In this document: one piece after another, positions 47,640 to 59,950 of the stretch
Numbering within the stretch: the first letter of the stretch is position 1
How the letters are laid out: the number at the start of each line of letters is the position of its first letter
Assembly (NCBI GenBank): GCA_036785375.1
Contig: JAWMAR010000034.1
Location: forward strand, 1,798,001 to 1,862,000
Direction of reading: 5' to 3'
DNA: 64,000 nt
DNA from: Leucoraja ocellata
Taxonomy: Eukaryota
The notes under the pieces: model-generated
Told to the model about the DNA's origin: nothing
Databases searched by the model: none
The model's input: the letters and a program-made list of their open reading frames with translations, nothing else
Translations under genes and position numbers: made by a program

Positions 47640-47812
47640 GTTAGAACATAGAACAGTACAGCACAAGAAGAGTCCACAGTACCAAACATAATACCAAGAA
47701 TAATCCATATCCCTCCATTACCTGCATGCCGACATGTTTATCCAAAGGTCGTATAAATGCCACTAGAGCATCTGTTTCCAGCTTGACCCAAGTAGTGTGT
47801 TCCAGGCACTCC
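47640..47812 (-). mobile_element. CR1 3' end
   Basis: TAGAACATAGAACAGTACAGCACA...CCATATCCCTCCATT..CTGCAT. Confidence 0.7.
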
Positions 47813-48459
47813 CCCCCCCCCCCCCCCTTATCTATGCCTCTCTTAATTTTATATACTTGAAGATATATATGTATATATCTTCAATATATATATATATATA
47901 TTTCAATTATATATATTTCCTAATTGACCCTACTTTCCCTTTCCAAGTGCAACAAGACTTGGCAGATTATCACAACCCACAACATGAAAGATGTTCTCAA
48001 GTATTTTTGTAACCAACTTGAACATGTGATCTGTTTACTGACAATCCCACAGCAAGACATGAGAACAATCCATGAGAATTATTCATGATATTGAACACGT
48101 GGTATTAAGTCTTTTTTTAACTTCATTGTTCAAAGAGAAATATCCGAGGTTCGCCTGTCATGTTGTTCGCGGCAATGCAGTGCATCTCTCGCTCATCTTC
48201 TCCAAAGTGAGAACCTTCCCCTATATATTGACCCTTCTGCAAAGAAAGGAAAGCTACTCATGGGTGAAAATGTTAAGGCAAAGCAGGGTTGTCCTCCACT
48301 ACTTGTGAGTTTACCATTGGATGCCAAGTTGTAATCATCCAATTTTAAGCATCTCCACCACTGTTCGTGTAAGACAAGTCCTGTTGGTGACTTGTCCTAA
48401 TGTCTTCAGCTAATGTGCCTGTAACGCTGCAATAGGTAAGAGTTTCACTGTTCCCATTT

Positions 48460-48650
48460 AGGATTAGGTTTATCATTGCCATACGTACCGAGGTCCAGTG
48501 AAAAGCTTTATTCTGCATGCCATCCAAACAGATCAGATAACACTATACATCAATACAATGACATCAAACTCATGTGCAATAGATAGAGCAAAGGGGAAGA
48601 TACAGAGTGTGCAGAATATGTTATGTGATGGATAAAGGCTGCAGGATAAA
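48460..48650 (-). mobile_element. Rex-type 3' end
   Basis: TTTATCATTGCCATACGTACCGAGGTCCAGTGAAAAGCTTT. Confidence 0.65.
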
Positions 48651-50207
48651 TGGAAAGAACAATAACACATTAGTTCCATAGACAATGGGGTGGAGTCATA
48701 TCTAGTGTACATCACACATATACACTCTTGACTCTTTGTAATGTTAAAGGTGCTGCCTAAATGTTGTTAGACTGCTACAGTGTCTTCACCGCATGTACAA
48801 GATGCTAACTTCAGTCGAATAGGAATGATGCTGACTGCTGACTTCATCATTAAGCACTTATCACTTTAATGTGCTGATGCATCAAATAATGCATGAATTT
48901 AATGAATGTCCTGAAATATAGTTCAAATCATGCAGCAATAAGGAATGTAGAAGCCGCACATCAGTGCACAGACTCTCTCATCTTTGCCTCGGCCTTAATA
49001 AGTATTAACAACAAATCCCTGGTTCTCGTGTTACGACGGCTTGATTTGATGTCTTGCTGAGGGTACAAGCTAATTAAACCAACACAGACAGCCCTAACAC
49101 AGCCCCGTGACCTTGCTGCTCCAAAGGCCACACATTTATCCCTGCAAGCCAGCCATTTGTGATTCTCCTGGATCAGTCCCTGCTGTCGCTGCCGAAACAT
49201 AGCACAAGCTCCGAGCCACTGCCGTCTCCTCCCCCACCTCCCTGTTCTGACCATTAAGCCTTCTCTATGCACCAGAGCCAAACAGAGGAAAAGCTCCTTA
49301 ATTCAGTGGGAGATTAGGGGACCTGCCGCTTGCATGTAGCCAGCGCTGGGAGGCTGGTGCTGGGAGGCTGCAAATGAATAAGTCCATGTGCAAACTTTAA
49401 CACACCAGGAGTGCATTAACATTATTGATGGCTTGTCACTTAAGCAAAAGAAGCTTGTTAAATGAAAAACCTCTCAGGAACATGCCCCGAAGATTTACAA
49501 TGAACAGCTCAAGCTCAACTGCTCAAACACGTTTCCTGACGTGATGAGATGTAAAACATCGCCCTCATTGTTTTCTCAATAATGCCAACGGGAGAACATA
49601 TCGATGGCTTTGTGGCCTGAGCCCAGAACTGTCGAGCGTGTGGCGAATTGTGTTCTGTTGGTGAATTCACTGATTAGCAAATGCCTCGCCATGGAGAGAA
49701 GGGAGTCTCTCCGTGCAACGTCCGTCTCTGTCTCAGAGTGGTGTCTGTTCAATATCAGGACCGCTGTCGGTCTTTGGGAATTGAAGAGTAACCCAGCCAA
49801 TGTTCCTCCTTCTCATCGCACTTCATAGTGTCTTCATGAGGGATGACATAATAGGGGCAAGAATCTAAAGTGTTCAACTGCCTTATGTACCGGAAGCACA
49901 ACAATGACAATTCTTACTTGCTGCAACTTAACAAGCAAGTAAACGCAATAACATGCAGATTATACGCACAGATAAATATATAATAAAGTAATAGCTAGAA
50001 CTCTCATTCCATATTGGGTCAGAAAAAATAGAATAATCTTATAATCTTTATTAGAGTCATATTGACAAGCAGCAAGCAGGAGACTTTACATTGCATTTGG
50101 CTCATGTTTGTTGTGGGTTTAAGAGATCTCACAGCGTGTCACAATATAATACAGAGATTGTAGCAACTCATTTGTACACAGCAAGCTCCCACTAACTTTG
50201 GGCTCTA

Positions 50208-51245
50208 TAGTTTAGTTTAGTTTAGAGATACAGTGCGGAAACAGGCCCTTCGGCCCACTGGGTCCGCGCCAACCAGCGATCCCCGCATATTAATACTATC
50301 CTATAAATGGAGGAGGACTGGCCAAATTGTGTGCCTTCCACCACAGTGATGAATCCTGTGGTGGATGTTTATGTTAAAATTTTATTGTGTTTTTGTGTGT
50401 GCCCTTTATAAGATAAGATAAGATAAGATACATTTATTGTCATTTGGACCCCTTGAGGTCCAAACGAAATGCCGTTTCTGCAGCCATACATACAAACACA
50501 TAGACCCAAGACACAACATAATTTACATAAACATCCATCACATTGCTGTGATGGAAGGCCAAATAAACTTATTTCTCCACTGCACTCTCCCCCCCCCCCC
50601 GATGTCAGAGTCAAAGTCAAAGCCCCCGGCTGGCGATGGCGATTGTCCCGCGGCCATTAAAGCCGGGTGGTGCGAGGTCGCACACCGGGTCTTGGTGTTA
50701 GAGCCCCCGGCGTGCGCTCGCAGAGTCCCGTGGCCATTCCAAGCCGCGCGGGGCAGTGCTGTCAGGCCCCGCTCCAGGAGCTCTTCAACCCCGCAACTCG
50801 GGCGGGGGAAGTCGCCGTTGCAGGAGCCCTGAAAAGCGGTCTCCCTCCAGGGAGCCGCGGGCTCCCGGTGCCGCCGTCCACAGACCTGTCGTTGGAGCCT
50901 CCGACTCTCCGGTCGGGCCGCAGCAGCATTGTATCATTGTATCGCTGCTGACATATCATTTCACTTGCACTTCTTGTGCAATGTGACAAATAAACCGTTG
51001 TATTGTATTGTATTGTATTGTACCCACTAGGGACAATATTTACATTTACCAAGTCATTTAACCTAGAACCCTGTACGTCTTTAGAGTGTGGGAAGAAACG
51101 GAAGGATTTGGAGAAAACCCACGCAGGTCATGGGAGAACGTACAAACTCCGTATAGACAGCACCCGTAGTCGGGATCGAACCCCGGTCTCCTGGCGCTGC
51201 ATTCGCTGTAAGGCAGCAACTCTACCGCTGTGCCACCGTTCCGCT
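50208..51245 (-). mobile_element. HE1-like SINE (50208-50303, 51023-51245) hosting two nested non-autonomous retroelements
   Basis: SINE tail and head are separated by element A (plus, 50304-50406 and 50929-51022, (TTGTA)n tail) and element B (minus, 50407-50928, (TCTTA)n tail, CpG-rich). Confidence 0.82.
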
Positions 51246-51351
51246 CTTGTTCTTTTTATTCATTATACAGGAGTAGCTGACAAGGTTGGCATTTATCGCA
51301 CATCCCTATATGCCCCAGAGTAGGTGATGATGAGAGACCTTCTTGAACTGC

Positions 51352-51518
51352 TAGACACAAAATGTGGGAGTAACTCAGTGGGTCAGGCAGCATCTCTGGT
51401 GAAAATAAATAAGTGACATTTTGAGTCGGGTCCGGTCTCCAGGGATGCTGTCTGACCCGCTGAGTTACTCCAGCATTTTGAGTCTATCTTAGGTTTAAAC
51501 CAACATCTGCAGTTCTTG
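51352..51518. mobile_element. Fold-back PLE terminal repeat
   Basis: TAGACACAAAATG..GGAGTAACTCAG pairs with CTGAGTTACTCCAGCATTTTGAGTCTA. Confidence 0.8.
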
Positions 51519-51966
51519 ATTAGATTAGGTGTCAAGGGTTATGGAGAGAAGGCAGGAAATTGGGATTTGGAGGCAGAGATCAGCCATGATTGAATGGCGG
51601 AGTGACTCGATAGGCCAAATAATCTAATTCTACTCATATAATGTGAACTTTTGCAGATCTGCTATATATTGAACTGCTTCGTCCCTTCTGGTGAAGATAG
51701 TCCTAGAGAGCCTTTGTAGTTAGTCCCAGAGTTTCGACTCAGATATGGTGAAGTGGTAAAATACATATCAGAATAGTACACTACGGGTAGGGTGGTGTTT
51801 CCATGTATCCAAACCCCCTGTCTTGGTGGTAGAAGTGAAGTTCAGCAGATCCTATGGAAAAGCTAATATGGGTAACTGAAGTGCATTGTCTAAATAGTAT
51901 TTGCTGTACCAGTGGAATATGGTGGTGGGGGGCTGACACTTAGATTGAATCATGGGGTCAAAAGAG

Positions 51967-52336
51967 TTTCAAGTTCAAGTCAGTTTATTGTCATGTGTCC
52001 CTGTATAGGACAATGAAATTCTTGCTTTGCTTCAGCACACAGAAAATAGTAGGCATTTACTACAAAACAGATAAGTGTGTCCATATACCATAATATAAAT
52101 ATATACACACATGAATAAATAAACTGATAAAGTGCAAATAACAAATAATGGGTTATTAATAATCAGAGTTTTGTCCGAGCCAGGTTTAATAGCCTGATGG
52201 CTGTGGGGAAGTAGCTATTCCTGAACCTGGTTGTTGCAGTCTTCAGGCTCCTGTACCTTCTACCTGAAGGTAGCAGGGAGATGAGTGTGTGGCCAGGATG
52301 GTGTGGGTCTTTGATGATACTGCCAGCCTTTTTGAG
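51967..52336 (-). mobile_element. Rex1/Babar LINE 3' end
   Basis: TTCAAGTTCAAG tail, TTTATTGTCA, AGCCTGATGGCTGTGGGGAAGTAGCTATTCCTGAACCTGG. Confidence 0.75.
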
Positions 52337-52339
52337 TTT

Positions 52340-52562
52340 ACAAGCTATAGCAGTAGAATTAGGCCATTCGGCCCATTGAGTCTACTCCTCCATTGAATCA
52401 TGGCTGATCTCTGCCTCCTAATTCCATTTTCCTGCCTGCTCCACAGAACCCTTGACACCCGTTCTGATCAAGAATTTGCCTATCTCTGCCTTAAAAATAT
52501 CCACTGACTTGGCCTCCACAGCCCTCCGTGGCATTGCGTTCCATAGATAACTTCCCTCTGAT
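52340..52562 (-). mobile_element. CR1 3' end
   Basis: GTAGAATTAGGCCATTCGGCCCA...AAAATATCCACTGACTTGGCCTCCAC. Confidence 0.85.
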
Positions 52563-53051
52563 TAAAGAGACTATAGATGCTGGAATCTTGACCAAAATAT
52601 CAAGGTGCTGATGGAACTCAGCGGGCCAGACAGCATCTGGGGAGGGAGTGGGCAGACGACGTTTCAGATCGAGACCCTGCTTCAGACAGATTGGGGGTGG
52701 AGGGTGGAGGGGGAAGGTGTCAGAGGATGGGAAGGGGTTTGTGGAAGTAACAAAGGGTTGTGGATTGTGGAATCTGACAAGAATAAGGTGATGAGTGAAA
52801 ATGGGAAAGGGAGGAATACTGGACAGATGGAAACAGGATGGGTTGGGAAAGCAAGTGTATAAATTGTGAGCACGAAAGATAGATGGAGTTTGCGGGAGAA
52901 TGGGAAGAAACTGAGTTGCAGGAGGATGGGGAGAAGTTGTTTTTGGAAAGAAGGTGTGTGTGTGTGTGAGGAGTTGGCTGGATAGGAAGGAGAAGGAAAG
53001 AGACAGAGAAGGTGCAGAGTACCACAAATTGGACAATTCAATGTTCATGTC

Positions 53052-53428
53052 GTTTAAGAGGGAACTGCAGATGCTGGAGAATCGAAGGTTACACAAAAAT
53101 GCTGGAGAAACTCAGCGGGTGCAGCAGCATCTATGGAGCGAAGGAAATAGGCAACGTTTCGGGCCGAAACCCTTCTTCAGACTGATCGGGGGTGGGGGCG
53201 GGGGTGGGTGGGGACAAGAAAGGGAAAAGGAGGAGGAGCCCGAAGGCTAGGGGATGGGAGGAGACAGCAGGGGGGCTGAGGAAGGGGAGGAGACAGCAAG
53301 GACTAACAAAATTGGGAGAATTCGATGTTCATGCCCCCGGGATGCAGACTCCCCAAACGGAATATGAGGTGCTGTTCCTCCAATTTCCGGTGCTGCTCGC
53401 TGTGGCCATGGAGGAGACCCAGGACAGA
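53052..53428 (-). mobile_element. Young Penelope-like 3' fragment with 9 bp target duplication
   Basis: SVLGLLHGHSEQHRKLEEQHLIFRLGSLHPGGMNIEFSQFC then stop; GTTCATGTC at 53043-53051 and 53429-53437. Confidence 0.9.
53150..53183 (-). ncRNA. Minimal type I hammerhead ribozyme motif, intact core
   Basis: Minus strand: AGT-CTGAAGA-A-GGGT TTCG GCCC-GAA-ACGT-T-GCC. Confidence 0.85.
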
Positions 53429-53545
53429 GTTCATGTCATTGGGTTGCAGCCAATGCATGTGGAATATGAGATGATATTCCTCTAGCTTACATTTGGCTTC
53501 ACCCTGGCAGTGGGAGAGGCAGAGAACAGGCAGGTTGAGTGTGGG

Positions 53546-53644
53546 GAGGAACTGCAGATGCTGGTTTACACCGAAGATAGACACAAAATGCTGGAGTAAC
53601 TGAGAAACCCACTGAGTTACTCCAGCATTTTGTGTCTATCTGCA
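53546..53644. mobile_element. Short fold-back PLE repeat with 12 bp target duplication
   Basis: GTTGAGTGTGGG at 53534-53545 and 53645-53656; AGATAGACACAAAATGCTGGAGTAACT and its inverse. Confidence 0.85.
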
Positions 53645-53711
53645 GTTGAGTGTGGGAACGGGGAGGGGATTTAAAATGGCTTGAAATTGGAAGCTCAAGA
53701 TACCCAAGAAT

Positions 53712-53903
53712 GACACAAAAAACTGTAGTAACTCAGCGGGACAGGCAGCATCTCTGGAGGGAAGGAATGGGTGGCATTTCGGGTCCGGACCCATCTTCAG
53801 TCACCCATTCCTTCTCTCCAGAGATGCTGCCTGTCCTGCTGAGTTACTCCAGCTTTTTCAGTATCTTCGGTTTAAGCCAGAATCTGCAGTTTCTTCTTAC
53901 GCA
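53712..53903. mobile_element. Fold-back PLE terminal repeat
   Basis: Inverted arms around a degenerate hammerhead at about 53768-53800. Confidence 0.82.
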
Positions 53904-54437
53904 GCTCAAGGTACCCATTGCAGACAGAGGACAGGGTATGTGACAAAGCATCTTGCCTTTTGTATGCAAGCATCTGCTATGGGACTTGAACCTAGAAACA
54001 TTGGACTGAGAGTCAAGGGTGCTAACAATTGAGCCAATATAGATGTTCTCTCAGGTAATGTCAAGCTTGCTGCAAATAAGTATTTGATGTAAAAAGAATC
54101 CTGTTAAGACTGGGAAACATCACCCTCAACCCAGCACTGCCCCTTGTGATTTCATTCTTGCCCCCAGGCCATCAAGGGCATCATGAAGCCTTTTGTTCAT
54201 CAAACGTTCTTTGTGATTTCAAACTGAATCCACTTATCATCATACAAATGCTACCTTTTAAATAAAGGGTCCTTTCAGAATGTCTTGGCTTCTGAGTTTT
54301 GTGTTTAGACAGTCTAGGGGGCTGGAGGCTGCATGCTTCCACCACTTATTAACACCCAGCTGACCTCCACTGTAACAGTACATGGGAGATGTAACATACT
54401 CACACTATATAAACACACAACACAGTTGTGAATAAGG

Positions 54438-54992
54438 ACACAAGTGATAGGAAGAATTAAGCCATTCGGCCCATCAAGTCTACTCCACCATTCAATCATG
54501 GCTGATCTATTTCTCCCTCCTCATCCCATTCTCCCCATAACCTCTGATACCTGTACTAATCAAAATCTATCTATCTCTGTCTTAAAAATATCCACTGACT
54601 CAGCCTCCGCAGCCTTCTGTGGCAAAGAATTCCACAGATTCACCACCCTCTGACTAATGAATAACCTGAAATGGAAAATACATGTTTGCAATAGAAGAGG
54701 TATATAACACAGAACAGCAGAGGAAAAGGCCATTTGGTCCACAATGACTGTACTGAACATCATGCCATGTTAACTGATCTCCTCTGTCTGCGTAAATCCT
54801 TCCATTCTCCGCAGACCCTTGTGCCAAAGTAACACCTTCTTAAACACCACCGTCGTATCTGCCTCCAACACCAGCCATGCCAGCACCCCGCACCCCGCAC
54901 TCTGCATGAAAGACTTGCCCCCCACATCTCCTTTAAACTTTCCACCTCTGACCTTAAACCCATGCCATCTAGTCTTTGCACTTTCCCTGACG
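54438..54992 (-). mobile_element. Two CR1 3' ends (54438-54655 and 54700-54992)
   Basis: QRVVNLWNSLPQKA and TRWHGFKVRGGKFKGDV. Confidence 0.85.
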
Positions 54993-55847
54993 CTCATTTT
55001 GTTTTAATTTCCTTTCTATGCAACATTTTTGAATACAAGTGTTTAGTTTCTAGGTTCCTGGATGTGCTATATTAGTGCAGCTGCTAATGTGTTTAAGATA
55101 AATTGGCCAATGATCCCAAATGGGAAGCTTGCAGTTATATGAAGCAATGCTGCAAAAGCAGGGCACAGAGGAAATGAAACCCTGCTGTTATGTTTGGCCT
55201 CTTCTTTAGATGCTATCTATTTCTCTCTAGTTGAAAAAATCTACTTACTTAGCTTATCTATGTTATATCCCTCAGTGTTCTTATTAAATCCCCCTTGTAC
55301 CTTGAGGAAATACTGTAGATGCGGACTAAGGCCTCATAATTACAGTAGCTCTCAGATATTTTTAGTGTGCTAAGTAGGTGCCCTATTCTGCCATTGTGTC
55401 CTTCAGAAATTGCCAATGTGTTTTCCCAATTGGTAAAGATTGGGGCAACACAATGGTACAGCGGTAGAGTTGCTGCCTTACAGCTCCAAAAATCTCTTAA
55501 ATGCTACCATCATGTCCACTGCAACCACCGACCCTGGCAGCACGTTCCAGGCACCCACCACCCCTCTGTAAAAACAAAAACCTCTGTGTAAATATGCTCT
55601 GGATGATTGAAGTGAAAGGTTGCCTCGTTAAACAAATGCTCTTCTGGCCCATCCCAGCCCACCCTCTCGCCAAGCCTGGAGCCTCCACCAGCCCCAGAGT
55701 TTGGACCTCTTGTGCGTCGTGAATGTCCTCCCTTCCACCGTCGAATGTACGACGTCAGCTCTCTGTGCTCAAGGTTCCAGAATTTTGCTTCCAGAAAATG
55801 TCCTCTCGCACTTTCCACACCTGCCAGTCCAATCCAAGTCACCCTTC

Positions 55848-56122
55848 CACAGCAACAAGGTCAGCCATTTAGGACTGAGCTGAGGAGATCTTTCGTCATT
55901 CGGAGCGTAGTGAATCCTAGCGATTTTCATCCCTGAGGCCTGTGGAGATTCAGCCGTTGAACTCATTCAGGCATGAGGTCAACTGGTTCGGGTATTCAGG
56001 AAATCAAGGAATATGGAAAGAGCGCAGAAAAGATAGCGATGATGTGGATCAGCCGTGATCGTGAAGACTGGCTGGCGAGGCTCAATGGCCAAATGGCCTA
56101 CTCCAGTTCCTATTTCCTATTT
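55848..56122 (+). mobile_element. Old CR1 3' end
   Basis: CCATTTAGGACTGAGCTGAGGAGA...AATGGCCTACTCC. Confidence 0.7.
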
Positions 56123-56869
56123 ATCACCTAACCCAAGCTCTCCACCATTTACTTCCCGAGATGACACTGTGGAAAAGAACAATGTCAAGTGAAGCAGACA
56201 AATCACACGGCTTGCTACACCCATCCAAATGCTTTAGTACCTTGAGTTACAAAACCAGAGCACTTCCCCTGCAACTGGTTCCTCTGAGCCTTGGTTCCAC
56301 AGGCTAGCAATATGATGCAGAGCATCTGAGAACAAGCGGCTAATCCATATACTGGGGACTGGAAAACTTCTTGAGGCTAAGCACCAGCTTCTCAAGAACA
56401 AATCTATTTCTCCAACTGTGTCTTTTGCTGTGGACGCCATTGATTATTTCAACTGAGCTACCACAGTAACATCAGCTCACTTCTTCTGTTCCCATCCTGG
56501 AACTTGGGACTAGAGTTATCTGTGATGGGCACAAGGCCTGGGGCCTAGTCCTGAAGTAAGCCTCCTCTACCACCCCCTTGTCTCGGATTTGCTTCCGTTG
56601 GCAAGTGATTAGATTACAGGCTCTTTGCCTGTTACAATTAAGAGGATAAACCAGATTATGGAGGGATTAATTTGTTGGTTTGGCAAACTGACAATAGCCC
56701 AGAGTCTGACAAGAAAACCATCGAGATTCCCCAACCTGATTTGTGCTTCAAGAAGGAGAGCCATCACTTTTTGAAATTCTAGTAATTTTCTTTTTGTTCA
56801 AAATCAATAAAATCAAATTCCATTTGTTTTTCCTGGCAATCAATTGAATGAAACTAATGTCAGACATAA

Positions 56870-57390
56870 AACAAATAGGGTGAACGCATAGTTGTTTACC
56901 CAGGAGAGGGAGGGGAATCAAGAGCCAGCGGTCTAACGTGAGAGAGGAAAGAGTTAACAGGGACCTGAGGGGCAACTTTTTCCACACACAAGGTGATGGT
57001 TGTATGGAATGAGCTGCCAGTGGAGGTATGTGTGTAGGAAGGAACTGTGGATGGTGGTTTACACCGAAGATAGACACAAGAAGCTGGAGTAACTCTGGGG
57101 GTCAGGCAGCATCTCTGGAGAAAAGGAACAGGTGATGTTTTGGGACAAGACCCTTCCTCAGACTGAGAGTCAGGGGAGAGGGAAACGAGAGAGATAGGAG
57201 TTGCATTGAACAAATGAATGAACGATATGCAAAAAGCAACGAAGATCCAGGAAAAGTGGAGCCCACAATGGTCCATTGTTGGCTGTGGGGAAGGTAGTTG
57301 AGGCAGGGGCTATAGCAGTATGTAAAGAACACTTGGACAGGTACATGGATAGGAAAGGTTTAGAGGGATAGGGGCCAAACGCAGGCAAAT
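56870..57390 (+). mobile_element. CR1 3' fragment split by a PLE terminal-repeat element (57029-57290, minus)
   Basis: CR1 GAGGTA / AGGTAGTTGAGG flanks; insert reads TGTGTAGGAAGGAAC...ACCCTTCCTCAGACTGAGAG. Confidence 0.85.
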
Positions 57391-57901
57391 GTTCTGAGAT
57401 TAGTTACCATGTTGAGATTGAAGTATGGCTACAGAGGGCAGAATGTGCTTGAGGGGCTGAATAATCTACTGCTGTATTTGTGGTGATGGGGGAAGTTTGT
57501 TAAAGTTGCACAACATGGAAGGATATCCTGTTGCTGGTGGTAGATAACAAAGATCCTATTGCAAGCAAGATAGTGCACTCCTGCTAAAACCAATGGGCTG
57601 ACGTGTAGTACGCAACCAAGGCGTAAGTGAGTGGAACGTAGCCTTTTTGTCGGCCATTTCAGTAAACCCGACCCCACCCGACTTTGTGGGCTATCTTGCT
57701 TGCTATAGGATCTTTGGTAGATAATGTTCACAGCTCCATCTTCAATTGATCCGGGGCAGTAATTGGGAGTTGACTATTTTGAAGCTATATGCGCACGTTG
57801 ATAGCATGTTAATGGCAGACTAGTGTAGATGGGGCACGAGTTAGGCCTTGGGGCCTGTTCCCATTCTGTACCATTCCATGACTCTGCATGGTTAGTTTTG
57901 A

Positions 57902-58199
57902 GGGCATCACGATGGCGCAGCTGAAGTGTTGTTGCCTTACAGCGCCAGAGATCCGGGTTCGATCCTGAGCACGGGTGCTGTCCGTACACGGTTTGCACAT
58001 TCTCCCCGTGACCGCGTGGGTTTTCTCCAGGCCCTCCAGGTTTCACCCACATCCCAAGGACGTGCATGTTTGCAGTCAATTCGCTTCTGTAAGTTGCCCC
58101 TGGTATGTGGAATAAAACTACTATACCGGTGATCAATGGTCAGCATGGATTCGATGGGCTGAAAGGCCTGTTTCCGCACCGTATCTCTAAAACTAAAAC
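57902..58199 (+). mobile_element. HE1-like V-SINE, full length
   Basis: Head, GGTTCGATCC and tail TCTCTAAAACTAAAAC. Confidence 0.9.
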
Positions 58200-59031
58200 A
58201 CACAGAAAACCCATTGGAGGCAGAGAACTGGAGCTCATTAAAGTGTGTTTTCAGAACACTCCAACCCCATTCTGTAATCTGGACAGAGCGGAATACAATC
58301 ATCATCTTTTCATTTGTAACAGTGAGGCACAGTCAGATTGATGGGATCTGAAATTTTCAATTAGTAATGCCCTCAAAACAGCTTTCAACTGATGTATGCC
58401 TTGACAGAGTTAAACCTGATTGAAATGGAGTGGTGGAATAAATGTCAGCCTGCAGTGCATTACAAGGCTGACAGAAAATGGATGTCAGACAACAAAAACC
58501 GGGGAGTGGGTGATTGGAAGCAACGCTCCTCTCCCATTAACAAGTCGGTGGCTCCACTGAAGGAAAGGTGGACGCGTTTACATGCTGCCTTCCCTCTCAC
58601 GTTAGATCAAGGCCCCATCATCTCCCTCGGCTGCAAAACACAAACGTACTGGAGTTACTCAGCGGGTCAGGCAGCATCTGCAGAAGGGAAATGGACACAT
58701 GGAGGGTCCCAACCTGAAACATCGTCTGTCCATTCCCTCAACCTGACCTGCTCTCTTGCCCCATATCTCTCCAAACCTTTCCGACCCTTTTATGTGAAAT
58801 AGTAGTAATTGTATCCACTTGCGGATGTGTTAGGAGCTACAATGGACATGTACGAAGATCAAAGAACATGTTATAACACAAAGAAGGCCATTCTGCCCAT
58901 TGTTTGCTGATCCCAACAGTAAGTAGTTGTGAGCACACAGGCATAAATTGACAGCAGGGTCAAAAAAGTTACATTTCCTTTGAAGATCTTTTTTTTTCCA
59001 TTTGCAATTAACCCAGATGCATACATACAAT

Positions 59032-59160
59032 AGTCTGAAGAAGGGTCTTGACCCAAAACGTCACCCATTCCTTCTCTCCAGAGATGCTGCCTGTCCCGCT
59101 GAGTTACTCCAGCGTTTTGTGTCTATTTTCGGTTTAAACCAGCACCTGCAGTCCCTTCCT
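59032..59160 (+). mobile_element. PLE hammerhead monomer with tail extension
   Basis: AGTCTGAAGAAGGGTCTTGACCCAAAACGTCACCC...CTGCAGTCCCTTCCT. Confidence 0.85.
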
Positions 59161-59495
59161 GCTCATTGTAGAACCAGTTGCTCAAGTGTAGCTAGAGCTA
59201 TGAAGGGCATATTATCAATCTGGGTCAGAGGACTCCATCTGTGAGGCACAGCCGACACACAACCTCAACAGTTACTGAAGTCAGGTGTGTGCAAAGCATT
59301 TGGATTTTTGTCAAACAAATGACCATTTAAAAGCCCGTTGCACGGAGGACAATATTTTCTCCAAACTAATCCTTTTTTTACGATCAATACCTGAATAATC
59401 TATGGTGTCTGTGTGTGAGTGAATTCACAAAGATTTAGTACATCCCACAAGATTCCTTTAGTTATACTCAGAGATGAGTTTCTGCTCTGTGAGTG

Positions 59496-59655
59496 NNNNN
59501 NNNNNNNNNNNNNNNNNNNNNNNNNNNNNNNNNNNNNNNNNNNNNNNNNNNNNNNNNNNNNNNNNNNNNNNNNNNNNNNNNNNNNNNNNNNNNNNNNNNN
59601 NNNNNNNNNNNNNNNNNNNNNNNNNNNNNNNNNNNNNNNNNNNNNNNNNNNNNNN
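59496..59655. other. Assembly gap (160 N)
   Basis: N run. Confidence 1.
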
Positions 59656-59950
59656 GGGCGAGAGAGAGAGAGAGAGGGGACGTGAGAGAGGGGGGTGAGA
59701 GAGAGGGAGGTGAGAGCGAGGGTGAGAGAGGGGGGAGGGCGAGGAGAGCGTGGGGAGCTAGAAAGAGAGGGAGAGAGAGTTTGGGGCAAGAGAGAGAGGG
59801 GGCGAGAGAGAGAGATGTGTGAAAGAGGAAGGGGGTGAGAGGGAGAGGGTGAGAGAGAAAAAGGGGTATGAAAGAGGGAGGGGGTGAGAGAGGGGGAGGA
59901 GGTGAGAGAGGGGAAGGGATGGGAGGGAGAATTGGAGGAAGTGGGAGAGT
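59656..59950 (+). repeat. GA-rich polypurine low-complexity tract
   Basis: Almost entirely G and A. Confidence 0.9.

Larger units (their letters stand above)
52565..53700 (-). mobile_element. Older Penelope-like element 3' end (GIY-YIG C-terminus and terminal repeat) carrying two younger PLE inserts
   Basis: Peptide VLCLSHCQGEAKCKLEEYHLIFHMHWLQPNDMN...NIELSNL; degenerate hammerhead at about 52655-52688. Confidence 0.8.

Noticed and set aside
28505-59822. ORFs containing X runs
   Set aside because: Artefacts of the three N gaps
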